Positions 1-12,580 of a DNA stretch of 48,541 nucleotides are shown here, in pieces; within the stretch, counting starts at the first letter, position 1, and each line of letters opens with the position of its first letter. The notes beneath the pieces were generated by a model. That model searched no databases. It was given only the letters and a program-made list of their open reading frames with translations, and was not told the origin of the DNA. The DNA lies in the NCBI RefSeq assembly GCF_001194135.2, contig NC_068981.1:3619985-3668525 (forward strand), read 5' to 3'. The position numbers and the translations under genes are program-made. The stretch comes from Octopus bimaculoides (lineage: Eukaryota).

Positions 1-156
1 AAAAAGGGAGGGGAGATACAAAGAGAGAGGGTAGGAGAGAGAGGGAGAGGAAGAGAGAGAAGAGGTGATAAGAAGTAAATATAAAAATAATAATAACTAA
101 AAGGAAATACATAAAATAAAATAAAAATATAACAATGAAGGAAAGAAGAAGGCAGA

Positions 157-202
<46 letters not shown>

Positions 203-360
203 GGAAGGAGAGATGGGGAAGGAGAGAGGGAGTTGGAAGATAGGGAGAGCAAAGAGGAGAAAAAGAGAGATTGAGATGGAGAGAGGGAGGAGTAGAGAGG
301 GATGATGAAAGAAAATGAAATATGAAAAGGTAAAAGAAAAGATGAAAAGAGAAAAACATG
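1..360. repeat. Purine-rich low-complexity tract with (AG)n
   Basis: Almost only A/G, with a perfect AG run at about 160-198. Confidence 0.9.
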
Positions 361-795
361 AAATTATTTGGTTGCTGTTGTTGTTGTTGTTAGTGTTGTT
401 GCAGAATCCTATGTTGTTATGGAATCCTAATCAAACAGACCACTTGTTTTTACTTTGCTTATATCAATGACTACATCCTCTACACGGGGCCTTCACATTA
501 TCTTAAGATAGTAAGGGTTGCTTCAAAAGAAATTCAGGTGCTATTTCTAACAGCCTATCTGTCTCCGTAGAGGCTTCCTCATTGGCTCATGAAATAAAAC
601 CACTTAGAACTACTTGTTACCTCCCTTTGAAGATGAAGCCTGCTTCAAAATGTGTGAGGAATAAACTGCAAATCGAGGCAAATATTATCTCACATTAATG
701 CTGAATGGAGTTTATAACAGAACAATAGTGTTGAGTCATTTCGAACCAAGTTGGCATCTTGTGTTTCTATTGATATTATAACTGCGGCAGTAAGG

Positions 796-913
796 TTAGC
801 GATGTAGAAAGCTCGTGACGTCATCAAACAAACCGATTCCTTTAATGTTGTTCTGCGAAGAAACATTACGAATAATTAATTGCAACGGCTCTTCTCCAGC
901 TATTTTGTTTGAT
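796..913 (-). other. Candidate terminal coding exon (SNKIAGEEPLQLIIRNVSSQNNIKGIGLFDDVTSFLHR*)
   Basis: Hand translation. Acceptor TTATTTCAG, phase 2, 38 codons to TAA, in non-repetitive CpG-retaining sequence. No homology recognised. Confidence 0.2.
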
Positions 914-1195
914 CTGAAATAATTCGATGCACCAAAGGATAAACCAGCATCATTTGTTTCATTGAAAAGGCGAAAAAAAGTTATGAAAATTCTTCTTTCA
1001 TATTCACAGCTTGGAGTTTTTATAAAAATTCTTCTAATACGATTACAGTTACTGAGACAGGTTTTATGAGAATATTAAATGGAATCCAGTACTCGACTGG
1101 TACTTAATTCGTTTCTATTCCAGAAGAATACCTCCTCTGCTTATTATTCACTCAACACTTGGTCGTTATTCATTATATTCAACACCACCTGCCTT

Positions 1196-1427
1196 AAGGT
1201 GGCAAAATGGCAGATCCATTGAGCAAGCGGGACAAAATGCTTAGCAGTATTTCATCTGACTTTCCTGTTTCAGCTCAAATTCCACTGAGCTCAACTTTGC
1301 CTTTTATTTGTGTGTGTGTGGTGGTGGGGGGGGGGGGTAAAATAAGAACCAGCTGAACACTGGAATCGATGTAATCAACTTAACTTCTCCCCTGGAATTG
1401 CTGGCCCTGTGCCAAAATTTGAAACCA
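1196..1427 (+). mobile_element. tRNA-headed SINE, family C (AAGGCGGCGAGCTGGCAGAA-type), degraded
   Basis: Aligns by eye to copies at 11089, 28078, 32950 and 48095. Confidence 0.7.
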
Positions 1428-1547
1428 CTCTATTTACCCCTGACACCCGTTCCCCATATTTCACTCTCTCACTCACTATTGTAACCTCCACCCACTCACA
1501 TTCCCATTTCTTCCCCCCTCCCATACACCTCTACTCACTTCTACCTT

Positions 1548-1850
1548 GAGGGTGGCATGGCTCAGTGGTCAGAGCATTGGACTCACAGGCATGAGGTAAT
1601 GAGTTCAATTCCTAGACTGGGCTGTGTGCTGTGTGAGCCAGACACTTTATTTCACGTTGCTCCAGTTCACTCAGCTGTAGAAATGAGTTGCGATGTCACT
1701 GGGGCCAAGCTGCATTGGCCCCTTTGCCTTTCCCTTGGATAACATCAGTGATGTGGAGAGGGGAGGTTGATGTGCATGGCTGACTTCGGATCTTTCATAA
1801 AACAACCTAACCCAGACTTGTGCCTCAGAGGGGAACTTTTTAGGTGAAGG
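1548..1850 (+). mobile_element. tRNA-headed SINE; head shared with family D, different body
   Basis: A-box TGGCTCAGTGG and B-box GAGTTCAATTCC, then GTTGCTCCAGTTCACTCAGCTG as in the copies at 20985 and 41635. Confidence 0.7.
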
Positions 1851-2420
1851 TCTTTACCTTGAAGGTCTTCTCACATACCTCATCACCTCCATTTCTTTCT
1901 CTTCTCCACTTCATTTCACTCCAGTCACACCCCTACTCTCTCTTCTAAATTGCAAATAGTCATGTGGCCCTTCTACAACAAGGAACCTGATCAAATAAGT
2001 ACCAGTTGAATACTGGGAATCAATGTAATTGACTAACCCCAGCCCCTCAAATTTCAGACCTTGTGCCTATAATAGAAAGGATTATTGTTATTATTATTAT
2101 TGACTTCTTTCATTTATGTTTCCATTTCACGACGAGTGTCTTTCCAACACCTAGGGCAAAGAAACTCACTGTATACATTAGTAAGCCATCAAAATAAGCA
2201 CTACTTCTGCTCATGATCAGACATGCACATATCGTCAGCCACTAAAGGACATGCTCAACTGGTTAAGGTCAAACAACTGACAAGCAAATCTGTGGTATTA
2301 AGCAGAATATTTGCTGCAGCCCATCTTTTTATACCAAGACAAAACAATGTACATGATAGCACTTCTAATCAGTTAAGATCAGAAGTCATGAGAGCCACTG
2401 CCTGGTACTGCATCAGGGCA

Positions 2421-2427
<7 letters not shown>

Positions 2428-2498
<71 letters not shown>
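2428..2498. repeat. (ATT)n microsatellite running into an assembly gap (N 2499-2938)
   Basis: Direct. Confidence 0.95.
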
Positions 2499-3041
2499 NN
2501 NNNNNNNNNNNNNNNNNNNNNNNNNNNNNNNNNNNNNNNNNNNNNNNNNNNNNNNNNNNNNNNNNNNNNNNNNNNNNNNNNNNNNNNNNNNNNNNNNNNN
2601 NNNNNNNNNNNNNNNNNNNNNNNNNNNNNNNNNNNNNNNNNNNNNNNNNNNNNNNNNNNNNNNNNNNNNNNNNNNNNNNNNNNNNNNNNNNNNNNNNNNN
2701 NNNNNNNNNNNNNNNNNNNNNNNNNNNNNNNNNNNNNNNNNNNNNNNNNNNNNNNNNNNNNNNNNNNNNNNNNNNNNNNNNNNNNNNNNNNNNNNNNNNN
2801 NNNNNNNNNNNNNNNNNNNNNNNNNNNNNNNNNNNNNNNNNNNNNNNNNNNNNNNNNNNNNNNNNNNNNNNNNNNNNNNNNNNNNNNNNNNNNNNNNNNN
2901 NNNNNNNNNNNNNNNNNNNNNNNNNNNNNNNNNNNNNATCATTCCATTCCCACTTCAAATTCCAAACATATTCTATTCATGCTTTTAAAGCCAGAATCGT
3001 TACCAAACTCCGTTACAGAATTAGACAATTCACACGTCTAT

Positions 3042-4052
3042 TTGAAGAGAATTATGATTTTTTGTTTTAAACTCAAACCTCCAGACAGGAAACTGTTTTG
3101 TTTTTTGACTAGTTGGGAATTTTTGTTCTCTTGGAAGTGATAGCGCTTCCAGTAAGAATACAAATGGTAAATCTTATCTTTCACTTCTTTCAGTCATTAT
3201 TAGACTGTGGCCATGCTGGGGCACCACCTTGAAGAATTTTAGTCGAATGAATTGACACTAGTACTAATTATTTTGTTGTAAAGCCGGGTACTTATTCTGT
3301 CAGTTTCTTTTGCTGAACTGCTAGATTATGGGGACATAAACACACCAACTCTGGTTGTCAAGTGTAGGAGAGACAAACACAAACACACACATATCATCAT
3401 CGTTTGACGTCTGCTTTCCATGCTGGCATGGGTTGGACGGTTTGACTGGAGACTGGCAAGCCAGGCTCCAATCTGATCTGGCAATGTTTCAACAGCTGAA
3501 AGCCCTTCCTAATGCCAGCCACTCTGAGAGTGTAATGGGTGCTCTTACGTGCCACCGGCATGGGTGCCATTTGTGTCACACCAGTATCTGCTATGACAGT
3601 GATTTTATTTGGCTTGATGTGTCTTCTTCTCAAGCACAACATAATGCCAAAGGTCTCGGTCAGTCATCATTGCCTCCGTGAGGTCAACATTCTAAAGGAG
3701 CTGGTGTCACATAACTGGCAGATATATAGATATATATATATACATCTAACATGCTTCAATTTCCATCTCCAAATCCACTCACAAGGCTTTGGTCAGGACA
3801 AGGCTATAGTAAAAGACACTTGCCCAAGATGCCACACAGTGAGGAGATGAACACAGAACCATGTGGTTGGGAAGCAAGCTTCTTTCCACACAGCTACAGT
3901 TGTGCTTTTGAAGAGAATTTGAAGAGAATAATTCTTTTTCTTCTAAATCTCAAAACACCAGTCTGGAAACTGCTTTATTTTTCAACTGGTTGTGAATTTT
4001 CATTCTCTTGCTAGTGATAGCGCTTCAAGTAAGAATACAATTGGTAAATCTT
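3042..4052. repeat. ~135-bp direct repeat pair (3042-3177 and 3916-4052) flanking a SINE/RTE composite
   Basis: TTTGAAGAGAAT...AGTGATAGCGCTTC(C/A)AGTAAGAATACAA(A/T)TGGTAAATCTTAT occurs twice, roughly 80% identical by eye. Confidence 0.85.
3172..3900 (-). mobile_element. SINE family A (tRNA head, CORE-like CCTTGGGCAAGTG motif, internal microsatellite) interrupted by an RTE 3' fragment (3391-3715)
   Basis: Tail at 3172-3390, head at 3740-3900; the RTE (CAT)n tail and 3'UTR lie between. Confidence 0.75.
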
Positions 4053-4414
4053 ATTTTTGAGTATTACAAAGAAAGAAATGTATATTGATTTTTTTTTTGT
4101 TAAATAAGGAGAAAAAAAAAAACCAATAGAAGAACAGTTAAGACAAAATATATTTTTGAAGTAAATCTATTGTTACTTATAAAATCTATTCAAATGCAAA
4201 TGAGAAACTTATGAAGAAAGAAGCTTCCAGATTCTGACTCACTGATCTGATAACAATGAAGAGAGTAAAAGAAGCAAGACTTCTTCTTCTAAATATATTT
4301 CAAAATAAATGCATTGATAAATGATCTTTATGTAATACTGAACAATACATTATTCTACTGCACAGATGACACAGCATATACTGTGATATTTCTTTCTCTC
4401 TCTTTCTCTTTACT

Positions 4415-4426
4415 GTATGTGAATGT

Positions 4427-4483
<57 letters not shown>

Positions 4484-4624
4484 TATATAGAGAGTTAGAT
4501 AGATAGACAGATAGACAGACAGACAGACTGATTGACAGACTGATAGATAGACAGATAGATAGATAGACAGACTGACAGATAGACACATAGATAAATGTAC
4601 AGATAGATAGATAAATATATATAT

Positions 4625-4668
<44 letters not shown>

Positions 4669-4722
4669 ATAGATAGGTAGATAGATAGATAGTTAGACAG
4701 ATAGATAGATAGATAGACAGAC

Positions 4723-4763
<41 letters not shown>
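4415..4763. repeat. Compound microsatellite (TG)n + (TAGA/CAGA)n
   Basis: Direct. Confidence 0.95.
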
Positions 4764-4779
4764 TCTTAATTATTCTTAA

Positions 4780-4886
4780 ACAAGACTATTATTGACAGTG
4801 ACTTTGAAGTATCAGTCAGTTAAGCCATTGTCATATGATCTCTTTATTGGCTGAAACTTCGAAGTCACTATCAACAACATTCTTGT
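4780..4886. mobile_element. Small MITE-like hairpin with ~31-bp imperfect terminal inverted repeats
   Basis: ACAAGACTATTATTGACAGTGACTTTGAAGT versus the reverse complement of ACTTCGAAGTCACTATCAACAACATTCTTGT. Confidence 0.5.
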
Positions 4887-4984
4887 AAAAGAATAATAAA
4901 TTTGTACTCTACAAAAGTATAGAGTAACGCGTCAGATTAATGTAAAATTGGTTTTATTATAAATGAACATAAAAACAAACATCA

Positions 4985-5355
4985 ACAAGGTTCTGGGTTC
5001 AGTCCCACTGTGGTACCTTGGGCAAGTGTCTACTATTATAGCCTTGGGTCGACCAAAGCCTTCTGAGTGAATATTTGGTAGATGGAAACTGAAAGACACT
5101 CGTTGTATATATATGTATATGTTTGTGTGCCTGTGTTTGTCCCCCACCCTCGCTTGACAACCGATGTTGGTGTGTTTACGTCCCCGTAACTTAGCAGTTC
5201 GGCAAAAGTGACCTATACAATAAGTACTAGGCTTACAAAGAATAAGTCTTTGGGTCGTTTTTTACAACTAAAAAACTTTTTAAGGTGGTGCTCCAGTATG
5301 ACCGCAGACAAATGACTGAGACAAGTGAATGAATAAAAGCCTTCANNNNNNNNNN

Positions 5356-5388
<33 letters not shown>

Positions 5389-5620
5389 GTGTGTGCATAT
5401 GTTTGTGTCTGTGTTTGTCCCCCCACCACCATCGCTTGACAACTGATGTTGGTGTGTTTACGTCCCTGTAACTTAGCGGTTCAACAAAAGAAGACCGATA
5501 GAATAAGTTCTAGGTTTTACAATGAATAAGTCCTGGGGTTGATTTGCTCGACTAAAAGCGGTGCTCCAGCATGGCCGCAGTCAAATGACTGAAACAAGTA
5601 AAAGAATAAAAAGAATGAAA
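4985..5620 (+). mobile_element. SINE family A, two tandem copies (second is body/tail only)
   Basis: GGGTTCAGTCCCACTG...CCTTGGGCAAGTGTC head; body GTGTTTACGTCCCCGTAACTTAG; tail GACTGAAACAAGTAAAAGA. Confidence 0.85.
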
Positions 5621-6094
5621 GAATATATATATATATATACACATACACACACACACACACACATATATACACACACACAAACATACACAGACATACATCC
5701 GCATCCATAAACACAAGCACATACGCATTTCTTCATTACATTCAAGACCAATTGTCCATGACAACATTAATGGCAAATTATTTTATCAAATTCAATGCTA
5801 TTTCACACCCGGAATATAACAAAAACCAACAAAATAAGCACAAAGTAACCAACCAGCCAACCAGCCAACCAGCCAGCCAACCAGCCAACCATCCAACCAA
5901 CCAGCCAACCAGCCAGCATCCTTCTTTCCCCTTTCAATACCAAGAGTCAAAACCACAAATTAATTCACTAATTCTCACCATTCCACTCCAGTGTACACTT
6001 AACAACTTAAGCAACATGATTTCTATGCTTCGGTCCAATGATTAACATACATACGTTCATACAAACATATACACATACAAAATTCATACAATTC

Positions 6095-6251
6095 AGCTGG
6101 AGTGGCTGTGTAATAGGAAGTTTGCTTCCCAACCACATGGTTCCAGGTTCAGTCCCACTGTGTGGCACCGTGGGCAAGTGTCTTCTATTATAGCCTCGGA
6201 CTGACCAAAGCCTTGTGAGTAGATTTGGTAGGCAGAAACTGAAAGAAGCCC

Positions 6252-6300
<49 letters not shown>

Positions 6301-7224
6301 GTATGTATATGTGTGTATATGTTTGTATGTCTGTGTTTGTCACCCCACCCACCTCCCAACATCATTTGACAACCGATGGAAAAAGTACTAGGCTTACAAA
6401 GAATAAGATTTACTTGATTAAATGTGGTGCTCCAGCATGGCCACAGTCAAATAACTGAAACAAATAAAAGAATAAAAGAATATATACATATGTACATACA
6501 TAATTCATACGATTCATGTACTGGAGTGGCTGTGTGGTAAGTAGCTTGCTTACCAACCACATGGTTCCAAATTCAGTCCTATTGTGTGGCACCTTGGGGA
6601 AGTGTCTTCTACCATAGCCTTGAGCCAACCAAAGCTTTGTGAGTGGATTTGGTAGGCGGAAACTGGAAGAAGCTCATCATCATCATCATCATCATCGTTT
6701 AACATCTGCCTTCCATGCTGGCATGGGTGAAATGGTTTCACAAGAGCCGGCCAGGCAGAAGCCTGCACGAGACTTCTGTGACTGTTTTGGTAGGATTTTT
6801 ACAGTTGGATACCCCTGAAAGAAGCCTATCATATATATATGTATATGTATGTGTGTGTATGTGTTTATGTGTCTGTGTTTGTCCCCCCAACATCGCTCGA
6901 CAACCAATGCCGGTGTGTTTACGTCCCCATAACTTAGCGGTTCGGCAAAAGAGACCGATAGAATAAGTACTAGACTTACAAAGAATAAGTCCTGGGGTCC
7001 ATTTGCTCGACTAAAGGCGGTGCTCCAGCATGGCCACAGTCAAATGACTGAAACAAGTAAAAGAGAAAGAGAAAGATATATATATACACACACACACACT
7101 ATGTGAACATATGTATGCACATATATCTACACGTACTATCATGTAAATATGTATGTGTGTGTATGTGTTTATGTGTCTGTGTTTGTCCCCCCAACATCGC
7201 TCGACAACCAATGCCGGTGTGTTT
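6095..7224 (+). mobile_element. Cluster of SINE family A copies; one carries an antisense RTE tail insertion (6677-6812)
   Basis: Heads at 6095 and 6520, bodies at 6860 and 7180. The (CAT)n RTE tail is flanked by a degenerate duplication CTG(G/A)AAGAAGC..ATCAT. Confidence 0.8.
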
Positions 7225-7385
7225 NNNNNNNNNNNNNNNNNNNNNNNNNNNNNNNNNNNNNNNNNNNNNNNNNNNNNNNNNNNNNNNNNNNNNNNNNNNN
7301 NNNNNNNNNNNNNNNNNNNNNNNNNNNNNNNNNNNNNNNNNNNNNNNNNNNNNNNNNNNNNNNNNNNNNNNNNNNNNNNNNNNNN

Positions 7386-7421
<36 letters not shown>

Positions 7422-7739
7422 GGCAAATGAAATATGGAAGATGGAATATACAAGAATTTATTATTAATCACGGCAATTGTTTCGACACATCTACCATCGA
7501 TTCCTCATGGGTGGGACACTGAACAACTGCTTCAGGAGCATCCAGTGGTGCAGATGTATCTCGTCGAGTGATAAAGAAATAAAACTCATTAAAACGACTG
7601 TTCCATAATATAACTCTCTGTTTTGTATAGAGAAAAGCAGCCAGATGGAGGAAATATCTTCATTTATATAGATGATCAAAAATAAAATCACAGATGGCAA
7701 AAAGAGAAAAGAGCAATCTAGTGAGAAAAGTATTAAAAA

Positions 7740-9460
7740 TAACCGTTAACAGATATGGGTGTATAAACACCCTTGGGCAAGATTCATGATGTGAGTACAC
7801 TTGCTCATACAAGCATCCACAAAAATGTGATCATACGCACACGTGAGGTCTGGTGCACTCGTGATCACAAAGTGAGTTAGTTATCTACTTGGTGTTTGTA
7901 AGAATGGGGAGGTTAAAATTAAACTTATGTCATCCATACCTTAAAGTAAATTAAATTACATTAAGTTAACGGTTAGTCAAAATTCATTCTCGCTGAATTG
8001 TGCGTAAGTAGATTTATATGCATGTAGGTATCTCGAGAGTCATTCAGAAATTCTATTAATTACCTTCTCGTTAGTCCACAGAATAGACAGAGAATCCTCG
8101 GAGCAGAGATGGCATCTCCTGGAAATTATATTGTATGGTTTTGCATACCTTACTATGGACCAATTAATGTTGTACTTCATTTTATCCTCCTTCAGTCACC
8201 ATACAAAATCTGCCAAAGATGTTGAATGTCTCTTATTGATTGTCTTAAAGTTGGCGACTTGGTTATGATAAAGGTTCTTAAATGAATCAGCTGTCTGCCC
8301 AATGTAAACATAGGGCCCTCCCCTTGTGTGCACAGTACATTTATATACGAGATTTGTACTCATACAGATATTCATCAAAGGACATTTTTATTTTTCTCTG
8401 CATGAGCATTTATCGTATTTATTTGTATATGAAACAGTCGCGACTCCATTTACCGGCGTTGTTACCGTGTTAGCTGTATCATAAGTATTTCTACTGCTAC
8501 AAATTGGTCGTTTATTGATATGACTTGTATTCTTTATCTGTGTGAGTTTTCAAACCGCGTCGTTGTGGTGGTGTACAATGTATATCACAGTTGGAGGAAT
8601 TACCAGTGTTGAGTATGCCTACTTCTTGTATATAGTGAATCTTTTCACAGTACTCAGCCCTAACTAGAGCAGCATTATAAGTTGCATGAAATTCGAAGAT
8701 CTTAGTATTAGTGGATAATCTAGAGATTCTTGTAGAAATATTCCTAACTAGTCCCCGTATAATTGAGGGTGGATGGTTGGATGCTATGTTAATGTGCTTA
8801 ATATGATCATTTGGCTTATGAAATGGTTCAAATAATCCAGTATCAAGACAGAAGGTAGCGTCAAGAAAATTTACTCTACGATAATCTTTACCCGTAGTAA
8901 TGTTTAGTCCTAAATTTTTAAAAAGTCTAAAGAAATTTTTCCTATGCCTTTCTAACTGTACTTTACAACTTCTGTCAAGAAAAAATAAGGCATCGTCCCT
9001 ATATAGACCCCCTGTTACTTCCAGAAAGGAAGACTGGATTAATGAAAGGATACATATTCCGACTAGGTCAGTGACGTGAGCAGAATCATATGAGCCCATT
9101 GCTATATTAAATGCATTCTCCCCGTCTAATCTACTCCATAATCTACCATTAAAATCTACTAGAGTGGCTCATGCAGCAAATATAATATCTATTTCATGTT
9201 GGGATAAATCGGAATTTATTATGCTAAAAATCAGGGCTTGATTAAGAATGATCAGGTTGATCAGGCATAATAGTTTTTTTATGTCTATTTGCAAGAATCT
9301 ATTATTCTTACTGATTTCTAGAAGCTCGGACCATCCAATTACCTCATGGGCATCATACCAGGGGACTAATCTAATTTTGGACTTAAGGATGGGTATTACC
9401 CTATCAATGATTTATTTACTAATAATGCCTATATGAGGACAAATCAATCTAACTGAGGGA
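7740..9460 (-). mobile_element. Penelope-like retroelement (RT + GIY-YIG endonuclease), 5'-truncated and decayed
   Basis: RT motifs MGSYD, GLYRDD, VNFLD and SNHPP (ORF 8512-9099); Cys cluster CSCREK.KCPL; LVYKCTV..YVYIGQT (GIY-YIG); C-terminal RRCHLC. Contains stops and frameshifts. Confidence 0.9.
8512..9099 (-). pseudogene. Penelope-like reverse transcriptase fragment
   Basis: ORF track 195 aa with YRDD catalytic motif and the PLE-typical thumb (KPND, SNHPP). Confidence 0.9.
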
Positions 9461-9965
9461 TTGATAAATTAAGTACCAGTTTGTGTACTAGGGGTCAGTC
9501 TAATCAACTGGCCCCCTCTCCCAAAAATTTCGGGCCTTGTACCTAGAGTACAAGGTTGAGCTTTGTCACATGCTGTCTCATGCTGATTCTGCCGAAGAAT
9601 TACATTAAGGGCACACATGTCTGTGAAATATTCAGCTTCTTACACGCTAGTTCAAGGGCAGATAATTCAGTCTACTGAACAAATGGATCCTCGTTGTTGC
9701 ACAGCAGAGACGCACTGCATAACTGGAGGACCACAGAATTCACCAACCATAGCTTGTTATTTTGTGTCTGGATCAAAGAAAAGAAACTAATTTGATAAGA
9801 CGTTATTAAATGTAAGTGCATGGCAATAATAACGTTGTCTCTTCTTACGTCTTTTTATCTAAATATATTCAACAAGTCAGCTCGGTTTGAATGGTTTCAT
9901 TGTTGAGAGAGGGTTGGCTGATACGATGTCTGTGAGCTGATGGATAATGATAGCAACTATATATG

Positions 9966-10405
<440 letters not shown>

Positions 10406-11088
10406 TAAAAATACTAGGGAGTTTTGTTGGATAAATTAATGACGGGGGAAAAAAAAACAAAAGCAAAACTGAAAAAAAATTCAGTTAACGTCAATAACCA
10501 GCATCTTCCAAGTTACATGATGTACCAATTAACAGTAGTTAACAGCCCTATAACTAATACTACCACTGCTGCTGTTTGCTGCTGCTACTACTACTACTAC
10601 TACTACTAGTTGGCCAGTAAATGTAGGAACGTCACTGCAGAGATATATATTTATCTAAAATAAATCAGACATAGTTTGTAGACAACAATCATTAATGTTA
10701 TTTTCTTAATAAAAAATATGCGACATTTTTATGTTGTTTTTATTACAAAAACAAAAAACGAAGAATACAAACAGGGTAAGACAACTCTGCTGTCCCCGTC
10801 CTCAGGCTTTATGGAACTAATTATCTTTTCTGTTTTAACGTTAGTTATTGTTGTTGTTGTAATGTAAACATGGTTTCGTGAGATAGTTTGTTTGTACTCT
10901 GTTACGAGAGAAATGATTAGTTTCTCATAATTTCCATCTTTCTTCCTTACCTTCTCTCTTTCACTCTTTCTCTTTCTCTCTCTCTCTCTCTCTCACTCTT
11001 TCTCTTTCTCTCTCTTTCCTAACCATTTACCTGATTTTTTTCTTTCTCTCACTGACTTTTCCTCTTCTCCCCTCTCTCTATTGTTTCT

Positions 11089-11296
11089 AATTTCTTTATT
11101 GCCCACAAGGGGCTAAACATAGAGGGGACAAACAAGGACAGACAAAGGGATTAAGTCAATTACATCGACCCCAGTGCGTAAATGGTACTTAATTTATCGA
11201 CCCCGAAAGGATGAACGGCAAAGTCAACCTTGGCAGAATTTGAACTCAGAACATAACGGCAGACGAAATACCGCTAAGCATTTTGCCAGCTCACCT
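11089..11296 (-). mobile_element. SINE family C
   Basis: Matches the 28078 copy (TTTATTGCCCAC...GGCAGAATTTGAACTCAGAAC...GCCAGCTC). TCTCTCTATTGTTTCT on both sides is a possible TSD. Confidence 0.85.
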
Positions 11297-11452
11297 CTTT
11301 CTTGTTTCTCTCTATTGTTTCTCTTTTCTCTTTCTTCTGATAAACATCTGAAATGTTAAGACTCCTACTTCTTTCAAATGTAAATTTAATACAGTATATC
11401 TTGAACTTTGTTGCTTCTGTGTTGTCTTCTTCCATTGTTTTATTGAATTTAC

Positions 11453-11491
<39 letters not shown>

Positions 11492-11624
11492 TTTATTTGT
11501 GGATTAATAAAGCTACCAACGGTTTCATGTGAAAGGTTTTCACAATTGATCAAGTGTACCACATGGGAGTGTTGGAACACATTTCAATTTTGGATGGGAA
11601 TACGTATATATATATATCTTCAAG

Positions 11625-11902
11625 AGTGAGTAAAATTCCTAAGATCCATGGACGAGTACTTTCCAGCAGTCTTTGCCCCCTCATCATCGCTGCCATGTCC
11701 TGTGTCTCCCAGAGACCAGTGCCTGTCCTTAGGGCATCAACATGTCCTCCTCAGTCTGCCTCTTCTAGTGTGTCCATGTAGGGGCTTCCACAGGAGCACT
11801 GGGTGCAATATCAATGTCCAGCTAACCTCAGTCTCCTCTGTGTTATTTTCGAGCTAACTTTTGGGAGGCTCTCGTACACCTCTGAGTTCTTCATCCTCAG
11901 TG
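11625..11902 (-). mobile_element. RTE-X/Expander-like LINE 3' fragment
   Basis: Hand translation with frameshifts: EVYESLPKVSSKITQRRLRLAGH...LLWKPLHGHTRRGR...DALRTGTGL, typical of RTE-clade C-termini. Confidence 0.6.
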
Positions 11903-11940
11903 TATATGTATGTGTGTGTGTGTGTGTATGCGTGTGTATA

Positions 11941-12580
11941 CAGGGGCTTACACAAAATAATGGAAACACCTAGCATCATAGCAATCAGAATCTTGAAATA
12001 TCTATAAAACTGTCAAAAGCTTGTTTATTTTTATGTTTTTTGATTTATTATTAGTGTTGCTTAATATGTTTTGCTAAAATTGCTGTTTCTTTCCAAATAT
12101 CATCAGAAATAGGTAATTAAAATTCATTAAAATGACAGATCTGTTGGACTTTCAAAGAGGTCAAATTGTTGGTGCTTGTATGGCAAGTGCTAGCATAATG
12201 AAAACATCCAAAATGTTTGGTGTATCAAGAAGTACTGTCTCGAAAGTAAGGACAGCCTTTGAGAAAGAGGGAAAAACCTCCTTGTCGAAACAAAACTCTG
12301 GAAGAAAACCAAAACTTTCAGATAGGGACTGTCGGACTCTTACACAAATTGTAAGAAAGGATCACAAAAGTACAGCTCCCAAAATTACTGGAGAGCTTAA
12401 TGACCACCTCAAGAACCCAGTTTCCACAAAAACTGTTCGCTGGTAGCTGCATAAAGCAGGATTTCATGGGAGGGCTGTAATCGCAAAACCACTACTTTCA
12501 AAAACAAACATTGTAAAGCATTTAGAGTTGAGTAAAAACCTACAGAATTGATCCCGAGAGCAGTGGAAGAATGTATTAAT
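11941..12580 (+). mobile_element. Tc1-like DNA transposon, left end plus N-terminal transposase, 3'-truncated
   Basis: TA|CAGGGG...AAAATAATGGAAACACC terminus. ORF 12132-12446 has a paired-like HTH and GRKPK motif; after a stop it continues LHKAGFHGR...KPLLS...QWKNVL. Confidence 0.9.

Noticed and set aside
6841-7224. Near-identical tandem SINE A body (6841-6920 versus 7146-7224) as a very recent duplication
   Set aside because: The second copy abuts a gap, so an assembly overlap artefact is as likely.
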